A DNA stretch of 64,000 nucleotides from contig NC_090373.1 in assembly GCF_036365525.1 (NCBI RefSeq), forward strand, positions 90,223,067-90,287,066, read 5' to 3'. Source of the stretch: Heterodontus francisci. Taxonomy: Eukaryota. Position numbers and translations under genes: made by a program. The number at the start of each line of letters is the position of its first letter. Positions within the stretch are counted from its first letter, which is position 1. Positions 1 through 12,847 of the stretch are shown here, one piece after another. The notes under the pieces are model-generated. The model saw nothing but the letters and a program-made list of their open reading frames with translations, searched no databases and was not told where the DNA came from.

Positions 1-899
1 TCAAGGTTATGTTAAAATCTGTTTGATCTACAACTACTTGGTTGACGGTGTCCAGATCCTAATCATTGTAATAACGGACTCCACAGAAGGGGGAAATCCT
101 TTGTGGTTAGTCCCCAAATGGCGTAGGTAAGAAATAAGACCAAGATTCCAGGGAGCAGTAATAACAACAGTTTAAAGGGCGGAGTGCATCCCCGCTAATC
201 TTAGTCGCTTTATATGCTTTAAAATTTGATACGATTTGCTCAGGTAGGTGCAAAACAAACAACAAAATCTACCCACTTCTTCCCCTTACAATTGGGCGTC
301 TGTTTTTTTATGCCCCAATGGAGTGAAATTTAAATGTGCATGGTAAGCACTGGGACAGAAGCTCTGCTCACCTGTATTTACTGAGATACGGACCGATGAA
401 TCACCACACTAGCCGATCAGTCCTGCTCCAGCTGTCCATGCTGCAGGTTTCTGCACTGGGAGCAATGGGCTATGTCCACCATCTACCTGCACTCATCACT
501 GTGTTTTCATCTGAATGCAAGTCCCTCACCCTGGGAAAAAGCTGGAGTTTCTGCGTCAGGAACGTTGCCAGGAGACCGCAAAAGGTATTTTGCAGCCAGT
601 TGTTCCTCTCTGCTCCTTCTGTCTGGTACAGACTCCTATCTGTCCCTCCTCTTCTCTCTGCCACTGACAGGGGACGCAGCACTATCCATCTAACGGGGTC
701 CTAGCGCCTCCGGAGATAAACACTCCAAGCGTTGCATTGAAACAGTTCACACAAGGAGGGCTTTCCACAACATGCCTCTGCAAGTACTTGGAAAGTGAAG
801 AATTGTATAACTCGCTGATAGCTTGTCGGACTTTTGAATTGTGCCGAATCAAATTTTACTAATTCAGCTCCCAAAATTTGTTTCATGCTTTTACTTTAC

Positions 900-1360
900 A
901 TAAACTCCATTCAAAACCCTGCTAACTGTCCTATTTCACACAAACTCCTGCTCACCTATTAACCCATTCTCCACTGCTTCCCCATCACTCAACATTTTGC
1001 TTTTAAAATCCTTGACCTCATCTTCAAAGCCATCCACAGCCTCACCACTCTCTGTCTCTAGAACCTCCTCTACACTAATTCTCTGCAGGACCATTCACTC
1101 TTTCAACTTTGATCTAACGCATTTTCCCCTCGCACTCTCCTTGCTGCACTATCAGTGGCAGAGCCTTCCACCTTTTGGACTCCTCACTCTTGAACCCCCT
1201 CTCTACACTCTATCTCCCTCCATCTTCAAACATCTCCTTCAAACTTACCTCCTCTATAGTGCTTCAGCAACCTCCTCAAGCCTTCTGCCCTACACACCCA
1301 CACTCTTGCTCAGACCTGACTTTCACCGTGAAGTGCCTTGGGATGTTTTGCTACTTTAAA
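900..1360 (+). mobile_element. L2 LINE 3' fragment, highly decayed
   Basis: Resembles the L2 3' ends at 22230-22810 and 38165-38680 (ending gtgaagtgccttgggatgttt). Confidence 0.6.
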
Positions 1361-2769
1361 TACACTGGATGCACTTTTTTCAGACTCACAGAATATATTC
1401 TGTGTGCCAATCATCCTTTTTTACTAATTGTTTCCTTTCCTCTCCTGAAGTCTGACTTTTGCTTGGTGCCGGCAGCCTCTGCAATACCTCAACCAACTGA
1501 TCATGCTTCATATGCAAACCCAGAGAATGAGTTCCAGTAGGTTATTTGACGATCAACAGTTAGGCCAGATTCTGTTCTCACCTGACATTCCATACACACT
1601 TTTGTTTTGGCAAGGGTCACTCCAGGACCCTGTTGATATCCCTCCCCACCACCACCACCCTGCCCCGCCACTCCAATGGTACTAAGTTTAGTTGTCGTGT
1701 CTCAACTGCCACCCTGGTTAGGTTCAGCACAGACCAGGGATATTCAGGTTTGTATGGCTTCGTAATGCCATGCTGCAGTTAGCCACTGCGACAGCGGCTT
1801 CTATTTGGATGTCCCAATTTTCTGCCCTATTTCTTCCTCCTCTTTTGAAATATAATGATTCAATTATTGCTTTATTCCCCCTGCTTTCTCACATGAGCAG
1901 AGGCAACATTGCCTACCACCCACTTCTGCTCTCTACCTTGCACTACATGAAGCTGAAAGAGTGATATACCACTCCATGGGCACCAATAATTCTTCAATAT
2001 TGTATTGAAGCGATTGATGCATTAGTCTGCAAAACAAGTGCCAGCAGGCTGTTTGACTGCAGAGCCCATTATATCTAAAGTGAACCATCTTCTCACCTGA
2101 CATCCACAAACATGGTGAGTAGTTGTGACTTAAGGTGACTGTGTGAAACGAGCGATATCAGGTCAGTTGCTAATTATATATATATTGGTTTTTATTTCCA
2201 GAACTAAAAATTGACAAAAACCTATAATGGCGGGCTGATCTGATCTTACCCATTTTACATTGTCACCCAACATCACAATTACCCCCATGAACTTTCCAGT
2301 TGAGGTCGCTGGATAGCTTTTGGGGAAGTGGTGAACCCTGACTATTTTTTCCTCTTTCCTAGCAGACTGGGACTGAAACTAACTGCAATTCCCAAATTGT
2401 TGCTCTGCCTGACATCAGCTAACACAGCAGACAGGGAATCAAGCCTAGCATTATGGCCTGAATTACTCAGTAATATACTGGGCAGCACCTTTACCCACTA
2501 GACTATAGGAAATGTGTTTTGTGCCTTACTAAGCCATACATTGATATCCAATTTTTAATGGATGGAAGAAATTCTAAAATATTAACTAATCCTGCTGCTG
2601 CTGAAACTGTCCCATTTTTTCATGGGGTGGGTTTGGAAATAATGGAACAACTGCAGGTGTATAAAATTTGCACATTTGTTGTAATTCAAAAATAAGTAGT
2701 GAATGCTTCATTAAAGTGGATCTGCATGTGCAAAATTCGCATGTGTATGGTTGGTGCAAAATCCTGAAT

Positions 2770-3440
2770 GTAACACCTGTCCTCCACTCTCCAGCTAGAT
2801 GGGACTGCCCTCATTTGGTTACAGTCTTACCTCTCTGATCATAGCCAGCACATCTCCAGTAATGGCTTCTCTTCCCATCTACATACGGTTATCACTGGAG
2901 TCATCAACGGTCTATCCTTGCAGCCCCTTTCTCTTCCTCACTTACATGATAACTGTTGGTAACATCATCCTCAGACATGCAGTCAGCTTCCACATGTATG
3001 CTGACAACACCCAGTCCTAACTCTCCAACACATCTCTTTACTCCTGTACTGCCTCAGTGTTGTTAAGTTTGTGACTTCCTTAACGAAGCCCTCGTCATCG
3101 CACCCTGCCACAGACTCCATATTCTTGCTATCAAATACCCTGTCCACCCACTATTACAGTTTGATCCAGACTGTTTGTAACCTTGGCATCCAATTTGACC
3201 TTGAGCTGAACTTTCAATCTTATATCCTCTCCATAACAAAGACCGCCGGCTGCCACATGCATAACATAGCCTGTCTCTGCCCCTACTGCATCGCATCAGC
3301 TACTGAAACCATCATCCACATCTTTGTCACTTTCAGACTTAACTATACCAAAGGTCTCCTGGCAGCCTTCCATCCTCTACTTTCAGTAAACTTCATCTTA
3401 TCCAAAACCCTGCTGCCTATATCTTATCCCACACCAGGTC
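2770..3440 (+). mobile_element. L2 LINE reverse-transcriptase fragment
   Basis: FHMYADNTQ (YADD motif), VCNLGIQFD and IIHIFVTFRLNY, with frameshifts. Confidence 0.8.
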
Positions 3441-5084
3441 CTGAGGAAGTTACTGGTTAAAGGGCAGCAATTCCTTTGAATCATACATGAACTTTTGTGT
3501 ATGACAACTGAATAAATTGTTCAATGATTTTTATCATTTCATTTATTCTTGGAAGTTTTTGTTCCAGATGCTTGCCAGCAAAATCTATTATTGCTCTAAT
3601 CAAAATGGTGAAGATCGAAATTCGAATGGGGATTGCTCCCTTTTTCTGTTATTTGAAGGAGAAAAAAAAACGGATGAACGAGCAGATGCAAGACAGGTTT
3701 AATTCACCACAGGCAGAGTGCCTGCATCTGCCTTTGTCTATGCAGCTATGTTCATACGTCTAGGTAGAAATGTCCAAAGAAACTATCTTTGCAGCTCCAC
3801 TTCAAGAAGCAGACACACTTGTGCCTTCTGCTCAAATCTGATCATCAGACAACATGCACAATAGGGATACTGCCATGAACCAGTTATGCCTTAGACTTGC
3901 CACCTGGGACATCAGCAACATCAATCACTTTTGACTACACAGAATCATCAAGTAGGTCACTGATGCATTGTTCACCAGGGAAAACAACTCTATTTTCCCC
4001 CATTACATTCTAATTTAATTCCCTAAAGGTGATTCATATATGTAGCCAATTCTTTTGTGGCCCAGTGTTTTCCTTTGATGATAAATATGTTTTGTGGGCT
4101 CTATGTTTCTAATCTTCTGCTCCTGCTACACGTTTGCCTATTGAAAAGAGTGGTTGGCAGCTGGCTGCTGTTGAGATTCAGGTATCGCTGTACATCTGTG
4201 TGCCTGGATATGAGATAGTCCTGTATCTGATTTCTCCACATCAGATGCTGCAGTGGCTGTGTGGCTCTACCTGCTCTCTTTTGTCATTTGTTGGTGAGTG
4301 GGCTGGATGGGTCAGATGTGATGTCACCCTGACAAGCAGCAGTCTTATCTGTGCCTAGTCCAGCCATGCTACTGCTGTTGGACACTTCCACAGATCTGCA
4401 AGTGGGAAAGCTCTGGGCAGTGGTGAAGCTTTATGTAATAATACTATTCAGCTGATCCTGAAACATGTTGAAGATGGACAAGAAAGCCAATAGTCGGTTG
4501 GAACCCAAGGCTGCAGTCTGACATTCATAAGAAATACTCTGACCAACCTTAGAAGACATGGTGATCCTGGACTTGTCATGACCTTTATACTGGCAGGGAA
4601 TTCTGTTAAGTGGTCATGCATGAGTGCATGTCTGCAGTCAGGACTTCTCCACAGTCATCACCACCAAGGAGCTTGACAAACTATCAAGCAATGTTGGTAA
4701 CAACAGATTTCTTTTAAAAGCAAGTCCTTTGCATTCTGAATCCCTGTGTTTTGCAGCTAAGGAAGGACGCGAGCTGACTCTTCAGCTGTGAGCTTCCGGT
4801 TTTTTCTTTGCCGCAACCACCTGCTCCTGCTCAGTAGTGCTCTTCACCAGTTATCTGGAAAAGGATAGGACTATCCCTGAGTTTCTAGGATGCCTCCCCC
4901 CTTCACTTAGGCTACTTCTCTATATTTTCAGCCCCTAAGATGTTGAGCATTCAAACTGGCTGATTTTACCATTTGATGCAAAACGGGTAGTCAACTGCCA
5001 AAGCTTGCTGGTTTGGGATGGGGCGGAAATCAGTCAGCTCTTACCTATAGCTAGCTGAGAATCTAGGCCTCTTACCTTTTTAAT

Positions 5085-5345
5085 CACTGCTACAACAGTA
5101 ACAATAATTCATTAAGTATCTTTAACATAAACATCACAAGGTGCTTCACAGGAGCAGAATAAAAACAAAACAAAGGAGATATTGGAAAGCATGATCTGGT
5201 CAAAAAGTAATAACTCTGGAGTATGGAGCTAAAGTGGTAAAGGCATAGCCATCAATCATGGGGAGGGGTTGATGCACAAGAGGCCAGAGTCAAAGCAAGA
5301 GCTGGTTTTGTGGATAGGGGTTGTGTAGCTGGAGGAGAGAAAGGA
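5085..5345 (-). mobile_element. L2 3' end fragment
   Basis: Reverse complement resembles the L2 tails elsewhere in the window. Confidence 0.5.
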
Positions 5346-5359
5346 TCTAGGAAAGGATA

Positions 5360-5780
5360 GGACTTGTTTTTATATTGCACCTTTCATGACCTCAGAATGT
5401 CTCAAAGTATTTACAGCCAATTAAGTACTTTTTAAAGTTTAGTTACTGTTTTAATGTATGGAAATGTGGCAACTGATTTGCACACAGCAAGGTCCCACAA
5501 ACAACAATAAAGTACATAACCAGATAATCTGATTTAGCAATCCTGGTTTAGGGACAAACGTTGGCTCGGACAGCAGGAGAACTTCCATATGTTCTTCAAA
5601 GAGTGTCACCGATCTTATATGCTCACCTGACACGACGGCAGGGTTTAATATCTCATTCAAAAGACAGCAACTTTGAAGTACAGCATTCCCTCAGAATTGC
5701 ATTGAAGTGTCAGCGTGGATTATGTGCTCAAGTTTCTGAAATGACGCTTGACCCCACAACCTTCTGACTGAGGCCAAACC
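5360..5780 (-). mobile_element. tRNA-derived SINE (Deu/SacSINE-like, L2-type tail)
   Basis: Antisense to the SINEs at 55722 and 63695, which have tRNA-like heads. Confidence 0.6.
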
Positions 5781-5959
5781 AGTAGAATACAAGTCACAGG
5801 AATTCATGTTCAGACTGCATAATTCTCATCAGACCACATGTTGAGAACTATCCCATTTCTGGCCACCAAAACATAACAAAGATTCTCAAGCCCTCGAGGC
5901 AGTCCAGAAAAGAGCTGTAAGACTGGTCCAAATATCAGAGGACTCAGTGTAGAGGAAAG

Positions 5960-6430
5960 ACTGGAGATTTAAATACAAGGGTGAGAATTTAAAATTTGAG
6001 ACCTTGGGGAATCAAGAGTCCCCATAGGTCAGTGAGCAGAAAGGGATGAGCAATAAATGCTGGTGATGCTCACATCCCATGAAAGAATTAAAAAATGTAC
6101 ACTTGGAGGTGACAAAGGCATAGATGAGGGTTTCAGCAGCAGCTGGGCTGAGGCTGACACAGAGACAGACATAGGTGATGTTGTAAAAGTAGAAGTAGGA
6201 AGTCTTTTTATTGGTGAGAAACATGGGATCAGAAGCTCAGCTTGGGGCCGAAGAGAACATCAAGGTTTCGAACAGTTGGCTTCAAACTGAGATGGAGACT
6301 AGGAAGGGGGGTGGAGTCAATGGCAAGGGAGCTTTGGCAGGGGCCGAAGACAATAGCTTTAGTTTTCTGAAAGTTTAACAGAAGGAAATTGCAACTCGTC
6401 CAAGACTGGATATTAGACAACACAGGAAAT
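5960..6430 (-). mobile_element. L2 LINE ORF2 fragment
   Basis: NFLLLNFQKTKAIVFG, VRNLDVLF, LIYAFVTSK. Confidence 0.75.
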
Positions 6431-7354
6431 TGAGAGGGCGAGGGACTTCAGCTGTGCACAAAATACTATGCAAGTTGTGGCCCATGTGTTTGAACTGTTA
6501 GATGGGACGAACCTGAATATTTTCATATTATTGTGCATGTGGAGCATGGGTGGTCAGATTAGATATACCACCTTTGTATCTGAGTTAGCAATTCCATCGA
6601 AGTGGAAAAAAAACCCATCTTAACCTTAATATGTCGACACATTTTAGGGCTGTTAATCTTGCTGCCACCAAGTGGTGATTTAAGAGACATCACTTGAGAA
6701 AATGGAAAAATAATTCAGAATAGGATTTTTAACTCCCTCCACTGGGCATTATGGGAATTAAAAACCAAAGTGGCCCACTTACTGCTTTTTTTCCATCCAC
6801 GTTTGTATTAAAACCAGGCGGCTGCAGCACCTGCCTGACTCAGGTATGAACCCCTCATGGGTTTATGCTAATCGAGGTTCTGTAGATCGGATCCTGAAGC
6901 TATTTTTACAGCTGGAGTGGATGGAGCATCTGCTCTGCTGTGCAGACACCATCATGCCAAAAGCAGAGCACCTCTAAAATAAGTTTAAAAAAATTACTTT
7001 TGTGAAGTCAGGAAGAACCGAACAGCTTCTCATGGCCGAACAAAAATAGTCTGGGCTACTGCCACCCTCAAATCTCCCTCCTTCCATGTTCCCAAAATCC
7101 TCCTGAATACCTTCCAAATGAGTCATTATGCTGCTGGTCTGTGGGGCCATCCAATAATGCATTGGCCCAAACCCAGTGAGCTGCCTCTGAATGCCTATTT
7201 GGGATGAACAGTTTACTGGCTCCATATGAATGAGACCCAGGCCTCCGGCTGCACCGCCAGGGTGGTCATCTTGAGCATTCTGCCAGCTGACCGTCTGAGA
7301 GTCCAAAACTTCAACTTATTCCTGCCTGAGAAAACCTATTATCTTATGGGTTAT

Positions 7355-7555
7355 GCTGGTGTTGTGGTTATGTTACTGAACTAGTAATCTATAGGCAGGA
7401 GCTCTAATCCCATCATGGCAATTTGAGGATTTGAATCCAGTTAAAAAGCTGGAATAGAGAGCTGATATCAGTAAAAGTAATAATTGTTGTAGAAACCCAA
7501 CTGGTGCACTAATGTCCTTTTAGGGAAGGAAACCTGCCATCCTGATTCCAGACCC
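7355..7555 (+). mobile_element. tRNA-derived SINE fragment (same family as 32170-32475)
   Basis: tRNA-like head and body (ggaaggaaacctgcc) similar to the 32170 copy. Confidence 0.45.
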
Positions 7556-7904
7556 ACGTTTTTGCTATTTAGACTTAAAAATTATAGTACAAGTGGGCAC
7601 TTGGTGTCACCTTTAAACAGTTGGCCTGAGCTTGTTTTCTGCTGGAGAGCCTGATCACAAGCTGAATACAGCCTTTATGCATGAATTAAAGCAATCAGAA
7701 ACTTCACTTACAGTTTATTATAAAATCATATGCCAGAAGAGAGTTTAACAATTGGAATAATTAAACCAGAAAACCCACAATGCACTGGGCAGCATGTCCA
7801 AATCACTGCCAATGATCTTGTTTTCCAGGGACAATGTCATGGTGCTTGCCAGGGTCAACAGGGGCCCAGTTATAGACTGGAACAGATTCCTCTTCAGGTA
7901 AGTA

Positions 7905-8663
7905 ACATTTGCGCCACACAAGTGCCAGGCAATAACAATTACCAATGAGAGAATCTAACCATCTCCCCTTGACATTCAGTGGCATTATCATCACTGAACC
8001 CCCACGAACAACTTCCTGGGGAGTTACCATTGACCAGAAACTGAACTGGCAGCCACATAAATACTGGTCAGAGGCTATAATTCTGCAGAAAGTAACCCAT
8101 CTCCAGACTCCCAAAAGTCTGTCCATCATCTACAGTCAGGAGTGTGATTGGATACCCTCCACTTGCCTGGATGGGTGCAGTTCCAACAACACTCAGGAAG
8201 CTCAACACCATCCAGAACAAAGCAGCCCACTTGTTCAGCACCCCATCCACCACTTTAAACATTCACTCCCTCCACCACTGACGCACAGTGGCAGCAGTGT
8301 GTACCATATATAAGATGAGCTACAGCAACTCACCACGCCTCCTTCGACAGCACCTTCCAAACCCGTGACCTCTTCCACCTAGAAGAACAAGGACAGCAGA
8401 TGCATGGGAACACCACCACCTGCAAGTTTCCCTCCAAGTCACACACCATCCTGACTTGGAACTATATTTCCATTCCTTCACTGTCATTGGGTCAAAATCC
8501 TGGAACTTCCTCCCTAAGAGCACTGTAGGTGTACCCGCACCAGATGGACTGCAGCAGTTCACGAAGGCAGCTCACCATCACCTTCTAAAGGGCAATTAGG
8601 AATGGGCAACAAATACTGGCCTTGCCAGCAATGCTTACATCCCATGAAAGAATGTTAAAAAAA
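7905..8663 (+). mobile_element. Non-LTR retrotransposon 3' fragment (CR1/L2 supergroup, Crack-like; clade tentative)
   Basis: GVTIDQKLNW motif. Closely similar to 37147-38162 and 62470-63578. A-rich tail. Confidence 0.75.
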
Positions 8664-9711
8664 GGTATGTTTGAATTCTCTCCATGATGAGTAGCTGGTC
8701 CACTTCCTAAAGAAGGAGACGTTACTGACAGAGGCTGAGGACTTCCAGCTTGATGAACTGATCAAATTTATTCATTGAATTGCTGGGGAAAAGTGGATCC
8801 GCTGTGTCTGATTCACCGCCATGCACACTGAGGCTATTCTAATTAAGAATGCAGGAAAATACATAGGAAGTAATTGGCAGTGAGGCTGGCATGCTAGATG
8901 GCTAATGGTAAGGTACCTATTCTGACCATTGCAGGAAAATCTGGGCCAATATCATTTCAATCTCTACTGCTTGGTACAACAGGCCTAGTTTGTCGAAAGC
9001 CTCTATTATTACTATGGTCATGTTAACCATGATGTTACTCAACTGTCCTCAGGGTGTCAGCAATTCCATACTTTATAGTTTGCACCCCTACCTTATCCCG
9101 GTCCTGTCTGCTTGTGGAGTAACATCACTAATGAATATAAGTTTCTCCAGTTCACAACCTGTTGAATAAGAGCACGTTCTGATTCAGAGTAAATGTAGGC
9201 TATGTCTTGATTTGTTCACTATTACTTTCTATGGCTGTAAATTCTTGTTAGGAAAAAAAACATCCATTTAGAAAACTTTTTTTTAACTTTGCAGCACAAT
9301 CAGGTGGTCCAATGTGGCCTTACACCCTTGTATCAAGGTGTAACTGTCTAAAGTATATGTATTTAAAATGATTTGCATTATACTGTTGATTTTTATGTTG
9401 TTGCTGACTATGTGGATTAGTTACTGCTCCATAACACTGTCAGGTTCTGCGTTATCACCTTGTGATTGGAAGTTCCTCAATCTGATTGGTTGAAGGGATT
9501 CCACAACAGTACAGCCCGACAGCAACAAAACTTTAATTGTACGAACATATGAAAAGAAGGGTAAGAAAAGGCCATCAGGGTCATCCGGCCCATTAGACGG
9601 TGCAACCTCGTACACCCACTCCCCAAATGCTAGTAATGGTAACTCCTGAGGGAGGCCAAAAAAAGAAATCAAAACCTGTTTCAGGAGACCTCCCCAAGAA
9701 AGAACTTGGAA

Positions 9712-10145
9712 TTTATATGATGCCTTCTTACATCCTCAGGGTAACTCAAAGTGTTTCACAGCCAATAAAGTATTGTTGAAGTGTAGTCCTGTTTTTATGT
9801 AGGCAAGAGTGGCAGCCAATGCAGGTACACCAAAGTACCACAAACAGTAAATCAAATACCAGCCAGTTAATCTGCTTTTGGTCATGATGGTTGAGGGAGG
9901 AATATTGACTAGGACACCAGAAGTCTTTGCTCTTCAAATAATGCCATGGATTTTTTTAACATCCACCTGAACAGGTCCTTAGCTCTAAATTTTTCATCTA
10001 AAAGACAGCACTTCCAACAACGCAGTATTCTCTCAGCATTGTAAAAGTATCAGCCTAGATTATGTGCTGAAACCCTGGAGCAGAGCTTGAACACAGGAAT
10101 TCCTAATTCAAGGAAGTGGGCTACCAACTTAAACAATCTGACACT
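9712..10145 (-). mobile_element. tRNA-derived SINE (Deu/SacSINE-like)
   Basis: Similar to 5360-5780. Confidence 0.6.
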
Positions 10146-10292
10146 TTAAATCAATGAAGCATGCTCCAAGATTAACCACAACACATCACTAAATGTATGT
10201 AACAACCTCTCCCGCACCCCCCTCCATATTCATCATATGACAGTCATCATAGTTTAAGGCAAGTAGGACTGTTTCATATCATAATGATCTCT

Positions 10293-10975
10293 ACAGGAAG
10301 GCGATGTTGTACTGCCATAATGCTGCACACTTTAAAAATTACTACTGTTTGCTGAAAGCAATAGAGTGAACCAGAATTTCAATATCAATGACTTCTAGCT
10401 CGGATTCACAAGGGAGAAGGCGACAGAGTTGTGCAACCTGCTGCAACAGGATCTCCAGCCTGCCTCCAGGGCGGACAGTGAAAGGGCCTTAAACTTCTTT
10501 TGTCTGTGGCTTTCTTTTTTCCAGATGCCACTTGGAGCATTAGCAGCATCAATCTTTCAGCATTGCATTGGTGTATAAAACAGCTGACTGACGCCTTGTT
10601 TGTAAGAGCAAACAGATACTATCCCCATGAGAAGAGAAAACCGTAGAGAGTTGTCATCAAATGGCAGAATTCTCAGAAGTCCAGGGAGCCATTGATGGAA
10701 CCCATGTGCTCCTGCACACAGGAATACCCAATACGTGAACCACAATAGCTTTTACTCCAATGTTTACTTTACATTTGGCCAACTGCACAGGATATTGTAG
10801 GTGAATGCTCAATCCCCTGGCAGCAGTCATGCTCCATTCTTTTTATGTCAGTCCATAGTGCCACCATTATACATTGATAGCCAGGAGGTCAAGATCCTGG
10901 GAGACCAAGGATACATGTTACCTCCTAGACTCATCACTCCTTTGGCACCAGCAGAACAGATGTCTGCACCTCCAC
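10293..10975 (+). pseudogene. PIF/Harbinger DDE transposase fossil
   Basis: Frameshifted pieces LGFTREKATELCNLLQQDL, ALNFF, CIKQLTDALF, FSEVQGAIDGTHV (within 10661-10708), YVNHNSFYS, VNAQSPGSSH, ILGDQGY, LITPL. Confidence 0.85.
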
Positions 10976-11099
10976 TAGATCCTTCACTGGAGACAGCATA
11001 TTCATGGTTTGACAGGTCAGGGGACCTATTATCGAATTTGGATATATAATCCATCCAAAGTTTCCAGAACAAATATGTTATTCTGCATTCCTACAAACT

Positions 11100-12330
11100 G
11101 ACAATTGAAAAAAGACAACCAAATAGAGCAGCTATAGCGAGTTCCACGAAGAGCTACTCGAGGACTACACTGAAGAACCTGATGAACCAGATTTGGAAGC
11201 AGCTTTGCCAGATGCAATAGCCAACAGAATTGTTAAAGGCAAGTTGTATTTGACAAATTATTAATAATTCTGGAGAAATGATCTATTGGATAAAGTAAAT
11301 GTGGTAGTTATGAATTTTCAGAAATTGTTTGAAAAGTTGCATCACTGGAGGTTTATGGTACAAGATTAAATATAGCAGCTTGGATGAAAAAGTTGGTTGC
11401 TGGATAGGAAACAAACGGTTAGCATTAATTGCTCAGATTTAAGAATTCCAACTGTATATGGGGTATGGGGCAGTGCCGAATCCACTTTTGTTCTCAGTTT
11501 ATATGGATAATTTAGTTTTAGGCACAGGGTGCATACTATCCAAGTACGCCATTGGCACAAAAAGTAGAGGTCTTGCCAAATTGCAGGTTGGAAGATTCAG
11601 GGAATAGACAGTTTAGCTGAATGGGCAGACATGGCAGATGCAGTGTGGAGAAATGTGAGGCAATACAATTTGCAAAGAAAAACAAAGAAAGGGAGTAGGC
11701 ACACAATGGAAAGATTGAAGGGTAAAAAGACCTAGGGGTTCAAATGCATAACTTTCTGAAAGTGAGTGCAGGAACATAAAGCCATAAATATGTACATAAA
11801 GAGACACCCCATAGATCTGATAAACATCAGAGACAAGGCAATGATTATACAAAGAATATTAAAACCATAGAGAACATACAGAGTCAATGAACCACAATAA
11901 TGCTAGAGGTGGGAAGCTGCAGTTATGAGGAGAAAGGGGAGATACTGGGACTATTTTGACTGGAGCAGAGATGACCAAGAGGAAAAATAACAGAGCTTTT
12001 TAAAATTATCATAAAGTATTTTGATAGTGAATAGGGAAAAACTATTTTTTCTTCTTGAGAAGTCAGTGAGTGGAGTCAAAAGTTAAAATTGCTGCTAAGA
12101 TAATGAAGAGAGCTTTGGAGAAATGTCTTTACATGCATAATTACAAAGAATGGGATTGCCTACTTTTAGGCAGAAACCCTTGCATCTTTTAAGGATAAGC
12201 AAATAAATATTTGAAACTGAGAACATATCAGGCTTTTTGGAGAAACCAGAGCAGTGGGATTAGTTTTCAATCACTTAAAGAGATGGCACAGACCTGACAC
12301 GCTGAATGTCTTCTGTATTGTATGATCAGA
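11100..12330 (+). mobile_element. Very old CR1 LINE fragment
   Basis: Decayed RT-region words (aattttcagaaattgtttga, gaatgggcagacatggcagatgcag) and a CR1-like 3' end. Confidence 0.6.
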
Positions 12331-12362
12331 TAATAGACCATTGCAATAAATATATAAAGCAT

Positions 12363-12368
12363 TTTATT
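12363..12368 (-). terminator. Putative MPG polyadenylation signal AATAAA
   Basis: TTTATT on the + strand about 480 bp past the stop codon, followed on the minus strand by U-rich sequence. An alternative lies at about 12471. Confidence 0.5.
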
Positions 12369-12847
12369 GTGAAAACAATTAAATCGAGACACAGATAATA
12401 CAAATATTTTATAAAGCATTTTCTCAGGCATCTTTTGCATCATTACCTATTTGAATCATTACTAATGGGTTTTATTCGGCCAGGGTGGTTGCAAGAGTCT
12501 GGCAAGTTCATCTCGCCTGATTAAGAGACCTCAATATTAATTTTACTCTCACTGCATTTAAGTGATGGTTTTGAACTAATTCGGGCATTTAAGATGTTCC
12601 CTCTGTTTTTACTCAAGTCCCCTGTAGCCAATCAATATGGTAACCGTAAAGACAAAATCAGACCATTCAGAATTCCCAGAATATCACACCGTACCTGCTA
12701 TTTTGAACAGACCAAGTTGTAATAGTCGCTCAGCATTAACAGTGTCTGACGCTTCTGTCAGCAAAATGATGCTATAGAACCACCAATGAAAGACGAGGGC
12801 ATCCATAACCATTTATATTTGTATGATTTTGTAACGACACAATCCAA

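Noticed and set aside
470-886. Endogenous viral ORF on the minus strand
   Set aside because: Short ORFs with no recognisable viral motif.
3568-3696. Possible 129-bp + strand exon (ttccag...CAG|gtttaa)
   Set aside because: Weak donor, no recognisable protein in either open frame, and no partner exons.
10293-10975. Domesticated HARBI1 gene
   Set aside because: Multiple frameshifts, a stop codon and truncation.
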